From positions 1 through 27,350 of the IMG/VR virus record IMGVR_UViG_3300042924_006280: 27,350 nucleotides of DNA. One strand, 5' to 3'. Shown piece after piece: positions 17,122 through 25,056 of the stretch. Source of the DNA: a virus. Taxonomy: Duplodnaviria > Caudoviricetes. The notes beneath the pieces were generated by a model. The model had not been told where the DNA came from, did not search any database, and saw nothing but the letters and a program-made list of their open reading frames with translations. The number at the start of each line of letters is the position of its first letter. The stretch's first letter is position 1. Made by a program: the position numbers and the translations under genes.

Positions 17122-18720
17122 TCAGTATTCGACCTCGACCGCGGAGCGGCTCATCAGTGACTGAACCACAATGTTAAGACTGTCCGCGCAGTCGTCATTC
17201 GTGCAGTGGCCGAAATTGACGACCTCATCGATCATCACCTTGAAGTCCCGGTACCGGTTGAACCGGACCTTGCCGGTCTGCAGCAGCCCCATTATTCCCC
17301 GCAGGCGCGCCATTTTGTCCCCCCTCAGCCCCTTGATCGGGCTGGGCCGCAGGTTGAACAGCTGCCGCTCCTCGTGGCAGATTCGCTGGAAATCCCCGCT
17401 GAACGACTTCTGGTAAGCCACTGCTTCCGGCCAGATCGTCACCTCGCTGGACGTCGCAAAGAACTGAGGCTTCCCGTCGCTCAGCGGCTCCCCCTCCCGC
17501 AGCAGGTTCCACTCGACCAGCAGCTCGCAGAGCGCATCGATCTTCTCGAGGTTGCCGATCGTGCGCAGCCGCCGGTAGTCGATTATGTAACAGGCATCCC
17601 CCAGGCGGCCGGCCAGCGTGAACACGGTCCAGTCGTGCCGTTCGGTAAGCCCGGCCGACAGGTCGATCCCGACTCCGATCTCGTCGTAGACCTCGGGGAG
17701 CTCGACCATGCGGAACAGGCTCGGGTTGATCCCCAACTCGGTGGTTGACACCGGTTGGTTGAGGTACTGATACGCGAAGGCGACGTGGTCCTTGGTCTGC
17801 TTGCCCAGCAGATACTTGAGACTCCACATCCCCGGCCAGTAGCTGCGTGGCGTGCCGTCGTCGCTGTATTCGATCGCCGCCTGCCTGATCACCTTCCAGC
17901 CGTTCTTGGGTACGAAGGCGGTCGCGAACATGTCGTCAAAGTGGAACCGGGTACCCAGTACCAGCGAGCGGCCGCCCTCGAACCGGGTGGGCTCAATCAC
18001 CGCGCTCCAGTTGTGCTCCATCTCCCGGCGCACGTCCGGATTCGCGATGTCCGACTGGCTCTTGATCAGATCGTCCACTACGATTAGGCTGGCCCGCTTC
18101 GAGGTGATTGCGCCTCGCAGGCCGGCGCAAGCCAGGGTGAAGGCGTCCTCCCCTCGCACGTCGATCCCCGCGAAAGTGAAGTCGATCTCCCATAGCTCAT
18201 CCCCCTTCTTCTGCCGGCTGAGGCGCACATTCGGAAAGATCAGCCGGTAGTCGTCCGAATTGATGATCGACTTGACCGCCGCGCTCTTGGCCTTTGCCAC
18301 CTTCACGTTGTAGGACACGTAGAGAACGCGCAGCAGCTTGTGCTCCAGGGCGTGCTTGCCGATCAGCCAGGCCAGCAGCATCGCCACGAAGGTGGACTTG
18401 GCGCTTCCCCTGGGGCTCAGCAGCGCCGTATCGGGCCCAGCGATATGGCTCAGGTGCTCGTTGCTCTGGCCTGTGAGAAAGACCTCGTACCACTCGCGCA
18501 TGTGCCGCGGCGGCGGCTTGCCCATGCGGGTGCAGAATGCCTCGAAACTCTCGCGGGCTGCCAGGATCTCCGCTGGCGTCTCGTCGGCAACCTCCTTTAC
18601 CTCGGGCGCGCCCTGAGCGAAGGGCACGACAGGGTTGGCCGCCGCGGCAGAAGCCATGGCCGACACCGCAGCTTCACGGGCAGCCCGGCGGTAAGCGAGA
18701 ACGCGAGACGTGGCCGGCAT
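17122..18720 (-). CDS. terL: Terminase large subunit (532 aa)
   Basis: Walker A LSPRGSAKST, Walker B LIVVDD, coupling motif LGTRFHFDD, YQYLNQP linker, nuclease motifs GIDLSAG...DWTV...PEAVAYQ...NDDCADS. Confidence 0.93.
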   Translation of the reverse strand: MPATSRVLAYRRAAREAAVSAMASAAAANPVVPFAQGAPEVKEVADETPAEILAARESFEAFCTRMGKPPPRHMREWYEVFLTGQSNEHLSHIAGPDTALLSPRGSAKSTFVAMLLAWLIGKHALEHKLLRVLYVSYNVKVAKAKSAAVKSIINSDDYRLIFPNVRLSRQKKGDELWEIDFTFAGIDVRGEDAFTLACAGLRGAITSKRASLIVVDDLIKSQSDIANPDVRREMEHNWSAVIEPTRFEGGRSLVLGTRFHFDDMFATAFVPKNGWKVIRQAAIEYSDDGTPRSYWPGMWSLKYLLGKQTKDHVAFAYQYLNQPVSTTELGINPSLFRMVELPEVYDEIGVGIDLSAGLTERHDWTVFTLAGRLGDACYIIDYRRLRTIGNLEKIDALCELLVEWNLLREGEPLSDGKPQFFATSSEVTIWPEAVAYQKSFSGDFQRICHEERQLFNLRPSPIKGLRGDKMARLRGIMGLLQTGKVRFNRYRDFKVMIDEVVNFGHCTNDDCADSLNIVVQSLMSRSAVEVEY

Positions 18721-18726
18721 CCTGCC

Positions 18727-18763
18727 AGGCTAAAGCAAGACGCATGAGACGCAAATTGAGACA
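18727..18763 (-). promoter_or_regulatory. Candidate promoter/operator upstream of terL: two GTCTCA copies plus a TAGCCT box
   Basis: Minus strand reads TGTCTCAATTTGCGTCTCATGCGTCTTGCTTTAGCCT in the 54-nt gap. Confidence 0.35.
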
Positions 18764-18774
18764 GCTTGGCCGGC

Positions 18775-19287
18775 CTAGCGCTCGTCTATCAGGACTGCCC
18801 ACACTGCCTTGAACGCTTGAGCCAACGCTGACTCCATGTCGACGCTTCCCGCAAAGATTGTCCGCAGCTCTCGCATCACCCGATCTGCCCCGGCCATCAT
18901 CAAGCCCCGCCTATCGAGGGTTCGCGCCATCTTGTCCACTTCGGTGAGATGCCCCCGTAGCTCCCGCGAGAGGAACGCAATCCGCGAGTACCCCTCCTTG
19001 GCGTCCAGGGCCTCGCTGGCTATCAGGGCTCGGGCGTTCGCAATGTCGGTCTTCAGCTTGTCCGCTTCTGCCAGCAACACCTTGCGCCGGTCTGTCCGTG
19101 GATACAGCTCATTGGCCCAGGCGATTAGGTCGCCCATTGAGCCGGTGTACCCCAGCACTGTCGCCAGAGTCCAAATCTCGATCGGCGAAGTGGCGGTCTC
19201 CACCGTGTCAATGAACAGCTCTCGATCGGTGTCAGCCAGCATGCGCAGAAATTGCGTCACCTGGCTGACCGCCTGCGCAGGCATCAT
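18775..19287 (-). CDS. Helical protein, probable terminase small subunit (170 aa)
   Basis: Immediately upstream of terL; size and coiled-coil pattern fit; function assigned by position only. Confidence 0.55.
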   Translation of the reverse strand: MMPAQAVSQVTQFLRMLADTDRELFIDTVETATSPIEIWTLATVLGYTGSMGDLIAWANELYPRTDRRKVLLAEADKLKTDIANARALIASEALDAKEGYSRIAFLSRELRGHLTEVDKMARTLDRRGLMMAGADRVMRELRTIFAGSVDMESALAQAFKAVWAVLIDER

Positions 19288-19850
19288 CCGTAGTACCTCT
19301 GGCCTTGCTGACGGACCCGGTCCCTGTCACTATCCCGCAGCCGGTTCGTGTTGTCCGTCGCGTTGTTCTGCGACAGCCGGCTCTCCTCGCCCTGTACCCG
19401 GTAGCCCAGCCGGTCCTGCTCGCCTCGGGCAGCCACCCCAAGCCGGTCCTGCTCGCCACCGGTGACAAGGCCTCGCCGCTGCTGGTCCCCTTGGGTCATG
19501 ATCTGGTCCTTGGTCAGTTCGCCTTCAACGCTCATCAATTCTTTTTTCGAGCCGGTCTCGGCCGCCAGGAGTTCGAGGGTATTCCCCTTGCGCAGGTTTT
19601 CAACACTCTGCTGGTACCGCGTCAGCGACCCCAAGAAGGCGTTATCGTACTCGATCTGCGCCGCTGTGTTGAGGCCCGTCCCATAGCTATCTGCAAGCTT
19701 CCCAACCGCGACCCCCGAGAGTGCTTCATTGCCGGCATACTTGTTCGCCAGATTCACCAGTCCCGACTGAGACCTGTCATAGATCGATGCCGCGACGCTC
19801 CCCCCGTAGGGTTGCACGCCAGAGCCAGTACCCGATGCAAGAGATGCCAT
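19284..19850 (-). CDS. Putative internal virion / DNA-pilot-like protein with 11-aa repeats (188 aa)
   Basis: GDQQRRGLVTG-GEQDRLGVAAR-GEQDRLGYRVQ-GEESRL periodicity. Confidence 0.65.
   Translation of the reverse strand: MASLASGTGSGVQPYGGSVAASIYDRSQSGLVNLANKYAGNEALSGVAVGKLADSYGTGLNTAAQIEYDNAFLGSLTRYQQSVENLRKGNTLELLAAETGSKKELMSVEGELTKDQIMTQGDQQRRGLVTGGEQDRLGVAARGEQDRLGYRVQGEESRLSQNNATDNTNRLRDSDRDRVRQQGQRYYG
19375..19490 (-). repeat. 33-nt period coding tandem repeat
   Basis: agccggtcctgctcgcc at 19408-19424 and 19441-19457; degenerate copies begin at 19375 and near 19474. Confidence 0.8.
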
Positions 19851-19853
19851 GGC

Positions 19854-20399
19854 TCAGACGAAAAGAGAAACAATCGGTGCAATGGCACCAGTCAGCTCGA
19901 AGAGGGTCTCGGTGAAACCCTTGGGCTTCATCAGTACGTCCCGCATCAGCTGCAGCCGGGCGGCATCATTGGTCTGCTCGCCAGTGACGGCCGTGGACAC
20001 CCTGTCGTTGGTGTCTTTGCCCAAGCCAACATAGCGGTCGGCGACCGTTAATCCCTGATTGAAGGTCTGGCCTCCCAGCCTGAGCTGATTGTCGGTGTAG
20101 TTATTTCTTATCGCCTTGTTCTCGTCCACCCGGATCTGGCTGCCAGTCCTGGCTTCCTCTCGCAGCAGGGGCGCCATGCGCATTCTGCCGTAGACGCCGT
20201 TATCAATCCCTCGCCTCTGCGACCAATCGGTTCGGTAGGCGTCCTGCCACGCCTGTTCCCTCAGGCCCTCCCCCATCTGCGTTGGCGACGACAATCCCGG
20301 CGCGACCACAGCCTCTTGCGGCTTGCTGGCAGGCACCTTCGGCACTTCCGGCGACTTGTAGGTGTAGGGGTTCGGCTTGAACAGATCGAGTGGATTCAT
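19854..20399 (-). CDS. Putative internal virion protein with hydrophobic C-terminus (181 aa)
   Basis: TGA-GCC-ATG junctions on both sides; ends LTGAIAPIVSLFV. Confidence 0.65.
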   Translation of the reverse strand: MNPLDLFKPNPYTYKSPEVPKVPASKPQEAVVAPGLSSPTQMGEGLREQAWQDAYRTDWSQRRGIDNGVYGRMRMAPLLREEARTGSQIRVDENKAIRNNYTDNQLRLGGQTFNQGLTVADRYVGLGKDTNDRVSTAVTGEQTNDAARLQLMRDVLMKPKGFTETLFELTGAIAPIVSLFV

Positions 20400-20402
20400 G
20401 GC

Positions 20403-20915
20403 TCAATTCCTCATGGTTGGTGCGGGGAGGCTCGATCGGGCTCTATCAGCGTTCGTTGCTGCGCCAAGGTAAGTCTGCAGCAGCGGCGCGTTCCCGGCCT
20501 GCGCCCCCTCAAAGGTGGCCAGCCCTGTCCCGTAGCGGTTGCCCGCCCGGGTGAGTCCATCACCTTGGGGGGCAAACAACTGCCCCATCGCCCATTCCTT
20601 CGCCCCCGAGCCCCGCAGGCCAAAGGCGGACTGCAGAAGCCGATCCGCCAGCGTCGCCTTGCGGGTTTGCTTGCGCTGCTTCTCCAGCGCCGCAATCTCG
20701 GTCTTCTGCTCCAGGGTCCGCTGGCGATTGACCAGGGTCGTGTTGGCCAGTTGCGCCTGGTTGTTGAGCCCAGTCTGGGCCAGTGGCGCTATCAAGGCAG
20801 CCGTCTGCATCGGCATCTGCCCAAGCAGCATGTCCGAGCCGTTATCGAACACCGTCCCTTGGAGCGGGGCGACCGGGCGAAACGTCTGAGTGTAGGCACC
20901 AGCAAGAGCGCTCAT
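20403..20915 (-). CDS. Putative internal virion protein (170 aa)
   Basis: Gln/Ala-rich helical sequence; tiles the operon. Confidence 0.65.
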   Translation of the reverse strand: MSALAGAYTQTFRPVAPLQGTVFDNGSDMLLGQMPMQTAALIAPLAQTGLNNQAQLANTTLVNRQRTLEQKTEIAALEKQRKQTRKATLADRLLQSAFGLRGSGAKEWAMGQLFAPQGDGLTRAGNRYGTGLATFEGAQAGNAPLLQTYLGAATNADRARSSLPAPTMRN

Positions 20916-20921
20916 AGCCGA

Positions 20922-21659
20922 TCAGTACGGATTGGGCATTGAAAGAATCTGCTGAGCCGCCCCTGACATCGCTCCCAGGGCCTGGTTGGACCCGCCCTGG
21001 GCCATCGCCAGTACCGCCTGGGCGTAGGCGGCCTGCTGGCGCGCCTCGAGGTCTGCCTTCATGCGCAAGATGTCGTTCTGCCGGGCCAGCGCCATCTCCT
21101 GCTCAGCGATCGGCAGGTTCGCCTGCCGGCGGCGAGAATCCATCGTGATCCCAGCCTCGTTGGCGTTGAGGGCGTTTTGAATGGCCTTCTGCTCGGGAGT
21201 GTCAGATCGAGTCAGCCCCACCAGGTCCGTCGCTCCCCGCAGCCCCGCCTTGCCCACCTGACTGCCTGCCAACCCCAGCCCGGCAGCCGCGAGCCATCCC
21301 ATGGGACCGCTCATTCCGAACGCCAGTGGCGCCAACGCGGCCAAGCTACCCACGCCCGCACCGGTGGCGTCCACCAGGTTCTGCTGAGGGGTTTCACTCT
21401 TGTCCCCCATCTCGCCGGCAGCGGCCAGCAACCCGCCGATACCAGCCCCGCCAGCGATCAGCCGTTTGCGGCCCATGCCGCCGGCAAGGCTGCTCAGCGA
21501 AGACATCAGGTCGCCGGCCCAGCGAGGACCGCCCGAAATACCGCCACCGGCGCCGCCAGAAGACGGAGGCCTCGCAACCTCGGCATCAATCGCCTCAGGA
21601 GTAACCCTCGCGTAGCGCGGTCTGACCGCCAGCGGACCGCCTGGGACGTACGGTGGCAT
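20922..21659 (-). CDS. Putative ejection protein with Gly-rich hydrophobic helices and a coiled-coil (245 aa)
   Basis: IAGGAGIGGLLAAAG and GAGVGSLAALAPLAFGMSGPMGWLAAAGLGLAG segments followed by a Q/A/E-rich helix. Confidence 0.7.
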   Translation of the reverse strand: MPPYVPGGPLAVRPRYARVTPEAIDAEVARPPSSGGAGGGISGGPRWAGDLMSSLSSLAGGMGRKRLIAGGAGIGGLLAAAGEMGDKSETPQQNLVDATGAGVGSLAALAPLAFGMSGPMGWLAAAGLGLAGSQVGKAGLRGATDLVGLTRSDTPEQKAIQNALNANEAGITMDSRRRQANLPIAEQEMALARQNDILRMKADLEARQQAAYAQAVLAMAQGGSNQALGAMSGAAQQILSMPNPY

Positions 21660-21661
21660 CT

Positions 21662-21696
21662 CCGAGACGGCGACGAAACTCCCCAGATTCTAAGCG
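21662..21696 (-). promoter_or_regulatory. Candidate promoter: TAGAAT box (21692-21687) and downstream CGTCTCG
   Basis: Lies in a 47-nt intergenic gap; TAGAAT is a 5/6 match to TATAAT. Confidence 0.4.
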
Positions 21697-21706
21697 CTCT
21701 GAGGCC

Positions 21707-22291
21707 CTAGCCGAACAGTCCGCCCAGAGCCTTGCCGGCCGCCCCGCCGATCGCTCCTCCAGCGGGTCCACCAAAGACTGATCCGACCACCGATCCGATC
21801 GCTCCAAGGAGGCCGCCGCCGGTGCTCTTCCTCTTTGCCGCTTTCTGCTGCACGCTGTAGTCCTTCATCGCCTGCTGCTGCTGTTCTTCCCACAGCCTGG
21901 CATCTGCAAGCCCCTGGCTTCTCTGCATCAGTGCTTGCCCTGTGCCATCCAGCGCCATAGCAGCCGCGCTCCCCTGCGCCTGGGACAGCGCTTCGCTCCC
22001 GCTCGCAAAGGCACGGCCGGCATCGCTGCTCGCCCTGAATCCCTCCTGATTTGGCCTCACCGGATCACTTTCTGCAGCTGCTCGCACGCTGTCCATGCCC
22101 CGCCCCGGGCCCGAGGCCGCCGACTGTCCTGCCGTCGCCAGCGGCAGTGCCTGCACAGGCCCTGGCGCACTACTTGCCAGCGAGCCGCCCTGGCCATCGC
22201 CCCAGTCCCTCTTCGTGAACTGCGCAGCGCCCGGCGGCGCGTAGGCCTGCTCGGGCGTGTAACTGCCTGAAAATTCGTAGTCGCGTCTCAT
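21707..22291 (-). CDS. Putative ejection/pilot protein with C-terminal glycine zipper (194 aa)
   Basis: Ends GGGLLGAIGSVVGSVFGGPAGGAIGGAAGKALGGLFG; ATGA overlap. Confidence 0.7.
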   Translation of the reverse strand: MRRDYEFSGSYTPEQAYAPPGAAQFTKRDWGDGQGGSLASSAPGPVQALPLATAGQSAASGPGRGMDSVRAAAESDPVRPNQEGFRASSDAGRAFASGSEALSQAQGSAAAMALDGTGQALMQRSQGLADARLWEEQQQQAMKDYSVQQKAAKRKSTGGGLLGAIGSVVGSVFGGPAGGAIGGAAGKALGGLFG

Positions 22292-22623
22292 CGCCTGCCG
22301 CCGGAAACAATCTGGCCAAGGACACCACCGATCGCCTCGAGCACCTGCGAATTATCCCTGCCCGTGCCCTGCGACTGCGCGGAGCCCATGGAGCCCGCCG
22401 GGTAGCTCTTCGGCTTTCGCCTGTTGACGCTGCGGAAAGCTCTCATCTGCTCGTCATTGACCTGTTTCTGTGCGATCGCACTGGCCTGATTGCTCAACCC
22501 TCGCCCGATCATCTCCCCCATCCCCCGAACGCCCGCCGTCCTGGCCGAAGCAAAGGCGTCCACGGCGCTGCCCCCTTCGCCGCCACCAGCGAAACTGCTC
22601 CCGCCCATCACGTTCGGTCTCAT
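22288..22623 (-). CDS. Putative internal virion protein (111 aa)
   Basis: ATGA overlaps at both ends; amphipathic C-terminus VLEAIGGVLGQIVSG. Confidence 0.65.
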   Translation of the reverse strand: MRPNVMGGSSFAGGGEGGSAVDAFASARTAGVRGMGEMIGRGLSNQASAIAQKQVNDEQMRAFRSVNRRKPKSYPAGSMGSAQSQGTGRDNSQVLEAIGGVLGQIVSGGRR

Positions 22624-24032
22624 CGCCGTCCTCCAATTGCCCCATTCTGGCCCACCCGGGGCGGCGCGGGCAACTCAGCCGGCGCGGTCCCAGGCTCTTC
22701 CTCTTCTTCGACCGGCGCCCTGCCCTTCAGCCCCCTCCGAACGCCTTCCAGGGTCGAGCCGATCAGGGCCGCCGTCGTCAGTGACCCACCTCCGTGGATC
22801 AGCACGTCCTTGAGCACCTCGTTCTCTACCGCACGGTTGTACTTGCCGTGATTCGCCACGGCGTCCGCAACCGCCGCCTCATACGACTCCGCCGGGCCCC
22901 GCTCGTCCTGCGGCGCCCCCTTGAGCGCCGCCAGTTTTCCCCGCGCGTCCTGTCTCCGCTGCAGCAGATCCACCCCGATCTCCCCGCTCACCGGATCCAC
23001 TCCGCTCTCCTTCAGCCGCAGTGCCGCTCGCCTCGCCCCCGCCCGGCCCCCCAGGGCCATCGCCGCCGCTGGGATAATCGCGGTCGCTACCGGCAGCGAC
23101 TTGCCCAAGAGGTTCACCTCCGCCCCGTGGATCCCATCGGGGGTGAACTTGATCGGAAACTTGTTGCCATGCAGGAACGCCTTGTACTGCTCGTACTCCC
23201 CCTTGCTCACGTCAGGCCGCTCCTGCACGAACTCCCGGTACGGCAGCAGCTCCCCGCTCCGGCCCAGCACCATCTCACTTAAAAACTCCGCCACCGGGCT
23301 ACTCGACTCCCGCCGGTCGCCTTCTCCTGGCGAGGCAGCCCCGTAGCCATCCAGTCGCCCAAGGCTGCCATTGGCGAACTTCATCGCAATCCACGCCGGT
23401 GCCGTGGCCGCCATCCGCATCGACCGGCTCTGCAGCAAAGGCGCCCGCACGTCCGAGATCCCCGCCTGCGCGTTGTGGAGCCCCTGCAGCGTGGCCACGC
23501 TCGTCACCGCCTCGCCCGCGTTCATCAGCCACCACAGGTTCATCAGCCCCTGCACTCCAACCGTGTCGGCCATCGTCACCCCGAACGCCTGCGCGGCCTT
23601 TCGCCGTCCGCTGTCACCGATCGGTACGTCCACTGTCGGTGATTCAAATTCCGGCGTCACATCCCGCTGCACTGTCGTCGCCCGCATCTCCGGGTTCGAT
23701 TCCCGCGAACGCGCAAACGACTCCATCCGCTCCTTGCTATACCCACCCAGCGGGATCCTCTGCACCCATTCCGGCGTGTTCCACGGCAACGACTGCCCCG
23801 CCCTGGTGTCCCCGAGCCGCCCCGGCAGGTGCTGCCGCACATAATCCACCAAGGGCGAGTTGGCTGTCACGTCCTCGAACAGCGACGCCTCGTAGCCACT
23901 CCCCACCGCCGCGGTCTGCGCATCCTGGAACGCCCGCGGATTCGAGCGGAACGCCTGCGCAGCAATCCACTTCAGCTCATCCCAATCGAAGGGAAGATTC
24001 GCGTTTTGGATCACCTGCGAGCCGTTCGCCAT
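22620..24032 (-). CDS. Putative internal virion protein (470 aa)
   Basis: Long ORF tiling the operon; globular core LLPYREFVQERPDVSKGEYEQYKAFL...DGIHGAEVNLLGKSLP flanked by hydrophobic Ala/Gly helices. Confidence 0.75.
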   Translation of the reverse strand: MANGSQVIQNANLPFDWDELKWIAAQAFRSNPRAFQDAQTAAVGSGYEASLFEDVTANSPLVDYVRQHLPGRLGDTRAGQSLPWNTPEWVQRIPLGGYSKERMESFARSRESNPEMRATTVQRDVTPEFESPTVDVPIGDSGRRKAAQAFGVTMADTVGVQGLMNLWWLMNAGEAVTSVATLQGLHNAQAGISDVRAPLLQSRSMRMAATAPAWIAMKFANGSLGRLDGYGAASPGEGDRRESSSPVAEFLSEMVLGRSGELLPYREFVQERPDVSKGEYEQYKAFLHGNKFPIKFTPDGIHGAEVNLLGKSLPVATAIIPAAAMALGGRAGARRAALRLKESGVDPVSGEIGVDLLQRRQDARGKLAALKGAPQDERGPAESYEAAVADAVANHGKYNRAVENEVLKDVLIHGGGSLTTAALIGSTLEGVRRGLKGRAPVEEEEEPGTAPAELPAPPRVGQNGAIGGRR

Positions 24033-24035
24033 TGC

Positions 24036-24656
24036 TCAGTTCCCCATCGACTGCAGGACAAGGTCCTGTACTTCCTTTGGCTGCTGCGCCAGAAACCGAG
24101 CGAACATTGCGTCGCTGCTGTCGCCCGTCGCCAGGCCAGGGCTGGCTGCTCCGTAATTCGACGGCAGCTCCAGTGGCGATGGCCCGAACTGCTGCCGCAC
24201 GAAGCCGCCTTGCGCTGGTGCCGGCGGTGGCGCCGCAGCTGCGGGCGCTTGCTTGGCGTCTGCCCGCTGTTGCTGCTTCTGCAAGACCCCCTCCATCAGC
24301 GGCCGCGGCGACCCGAAGCCAACCCCTATTTCGGTCACCATCGAGCCGCCCAGCCTGGCCATGTCCAGCGCCTGCGGACTCTGCAGCTTCAGCAGCCTGC
24401 CCACTCGGTCGCCAGCCACTCGGCCGCCCAAGGATCCAAGCAGCCCAATCCCCAGATCTTCGGCCCCGATCGCCAGCGAATCCCCAGCATTGCCGCCCCC
24501 GAACGCCGCCCCGGAAAACAGCGCCGCTAGACCGTTGCCCCCGTACTCCAGCCCCATCTGCAGCTTGTCGATCTCGCCCGCCTCGTTGCGAGGTACCAGC
24601 ACCCGCTTCAGGTAGTCCAGCGCCCGTCCGCCCAGCCCCGCGAATCTCATGCTCAT
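24036..24656 (-). CDS. Putative internal virion protein with Gly-rich helices (206 aa)
   Basis: ATGA overlap; GLAALFSGAAFGGG and DLGIGLLGSLGGRVAG segments. Confidence 0.7.
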   Translation of the reverse strand: MSMRFAGLGGRALDYLKRVLVPRNEAGEIDKLQMGLEYGGNGLAALFSGAAFGGGNAGDSLAIGAEDLGIGLLGSLGGRVAGDRVGRLLKLQSPQALDMARLGGSMVTEIGVGFGSPRPLMEGVLQKQQQRADAKQAPAAAAPPPAPAQGGFVRQQFGPSPLELPSNYGAASPGLATGDSSDAMFARFLAQQPKEVQDLVLQSMGN

Positions 24657-25018
24657 GCGATCCCTCCGGGCCCGCCCCGTGGCCTGCTCGCCGATCCAGG
24701 CGAAGGCTGCACCGGCGCCATTGCCGGTGGCAGCGCAAACGGTGATCCGGGGGACTGCATCGCATCCATGAATCCCTTCAGCGCCGGCCCGGCCGCCGCC
24801 ACCAGGTCCGCCCGCTGGAACGCCTCAGCGATCTCATCGCCCGCGAACCGCGTCGTCCCAGCCGGAGACGGCGTCCCTCGCACCGACACCCCCGCACGGG
24901 TTGGGCTAGACGCCGGAGACTCCTTCAGGCTGTTCGCATTCACAACCGCAGCGCTAAGCGCGCGCCGCACCGAATCAGGCGGGCCTGTCAACGGAGAGAG
25001 GGAAAGGCCGCCAGCCAT
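24653..25018 (-). CDS. Hypothetical Pro/Ala/Ser-rich protein (121 aa; alternative TTG start at 25027)
   Basis: ATG at 25018; ATGA overlap with the downstream gene. Confidence 0.55.
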   Translation of the reverse strand: MAGGLSLSPLTGPPDSVRRALSAAVVNANSLKESPASSPTRAGVSVRGTPSPAGTTRFAGDEIAEAFQRADLVAAAGPALKGFMDAMQSPGSPFALPPAMAPVQPSPGSASRPRGGPGGIA

Positions 25019-25020
25019 AG

Positions 25021-25045
25021 GTCTCAACCTGAGACGCCCATCCTA
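25021..25045 (-). promoter_or_regulatory. Candidate promoter/operator: TAGGAT box (25045-25040) plus inverted repeat GTCTCA-acc-TGAGAC (25021-25035)
   Basis: Read directly in the 38-nt intergenic gap. Confidence 0.4.
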
Positions 25046-25056
25046 GGCGGCTTCGC

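Noticed and set aside
19375-19490. CRISPR-like repeat-spacer pattern
   Set aside because: The period is 33 nt, in frame within a CDS, and explained by an 11-aa protein repeat
19284-24656. Wholesale TGA recoding (alternative genetic code)
   Set aside because: TGA is used as a true stop in many ATGA/TGATG overlaps, and long genes such as terL and the portal contain no in-frame TGA
23399-24745. 448-aa + strand ORF and other long antisense ORFs (15471-16283, 26167-26967, 6808-7632, 4510-5184)
   Set aside because: They lie opposite well-supported, tightly coupled genes and have the P/R/S-rich composition typical of shadow frames in high-GC DNA
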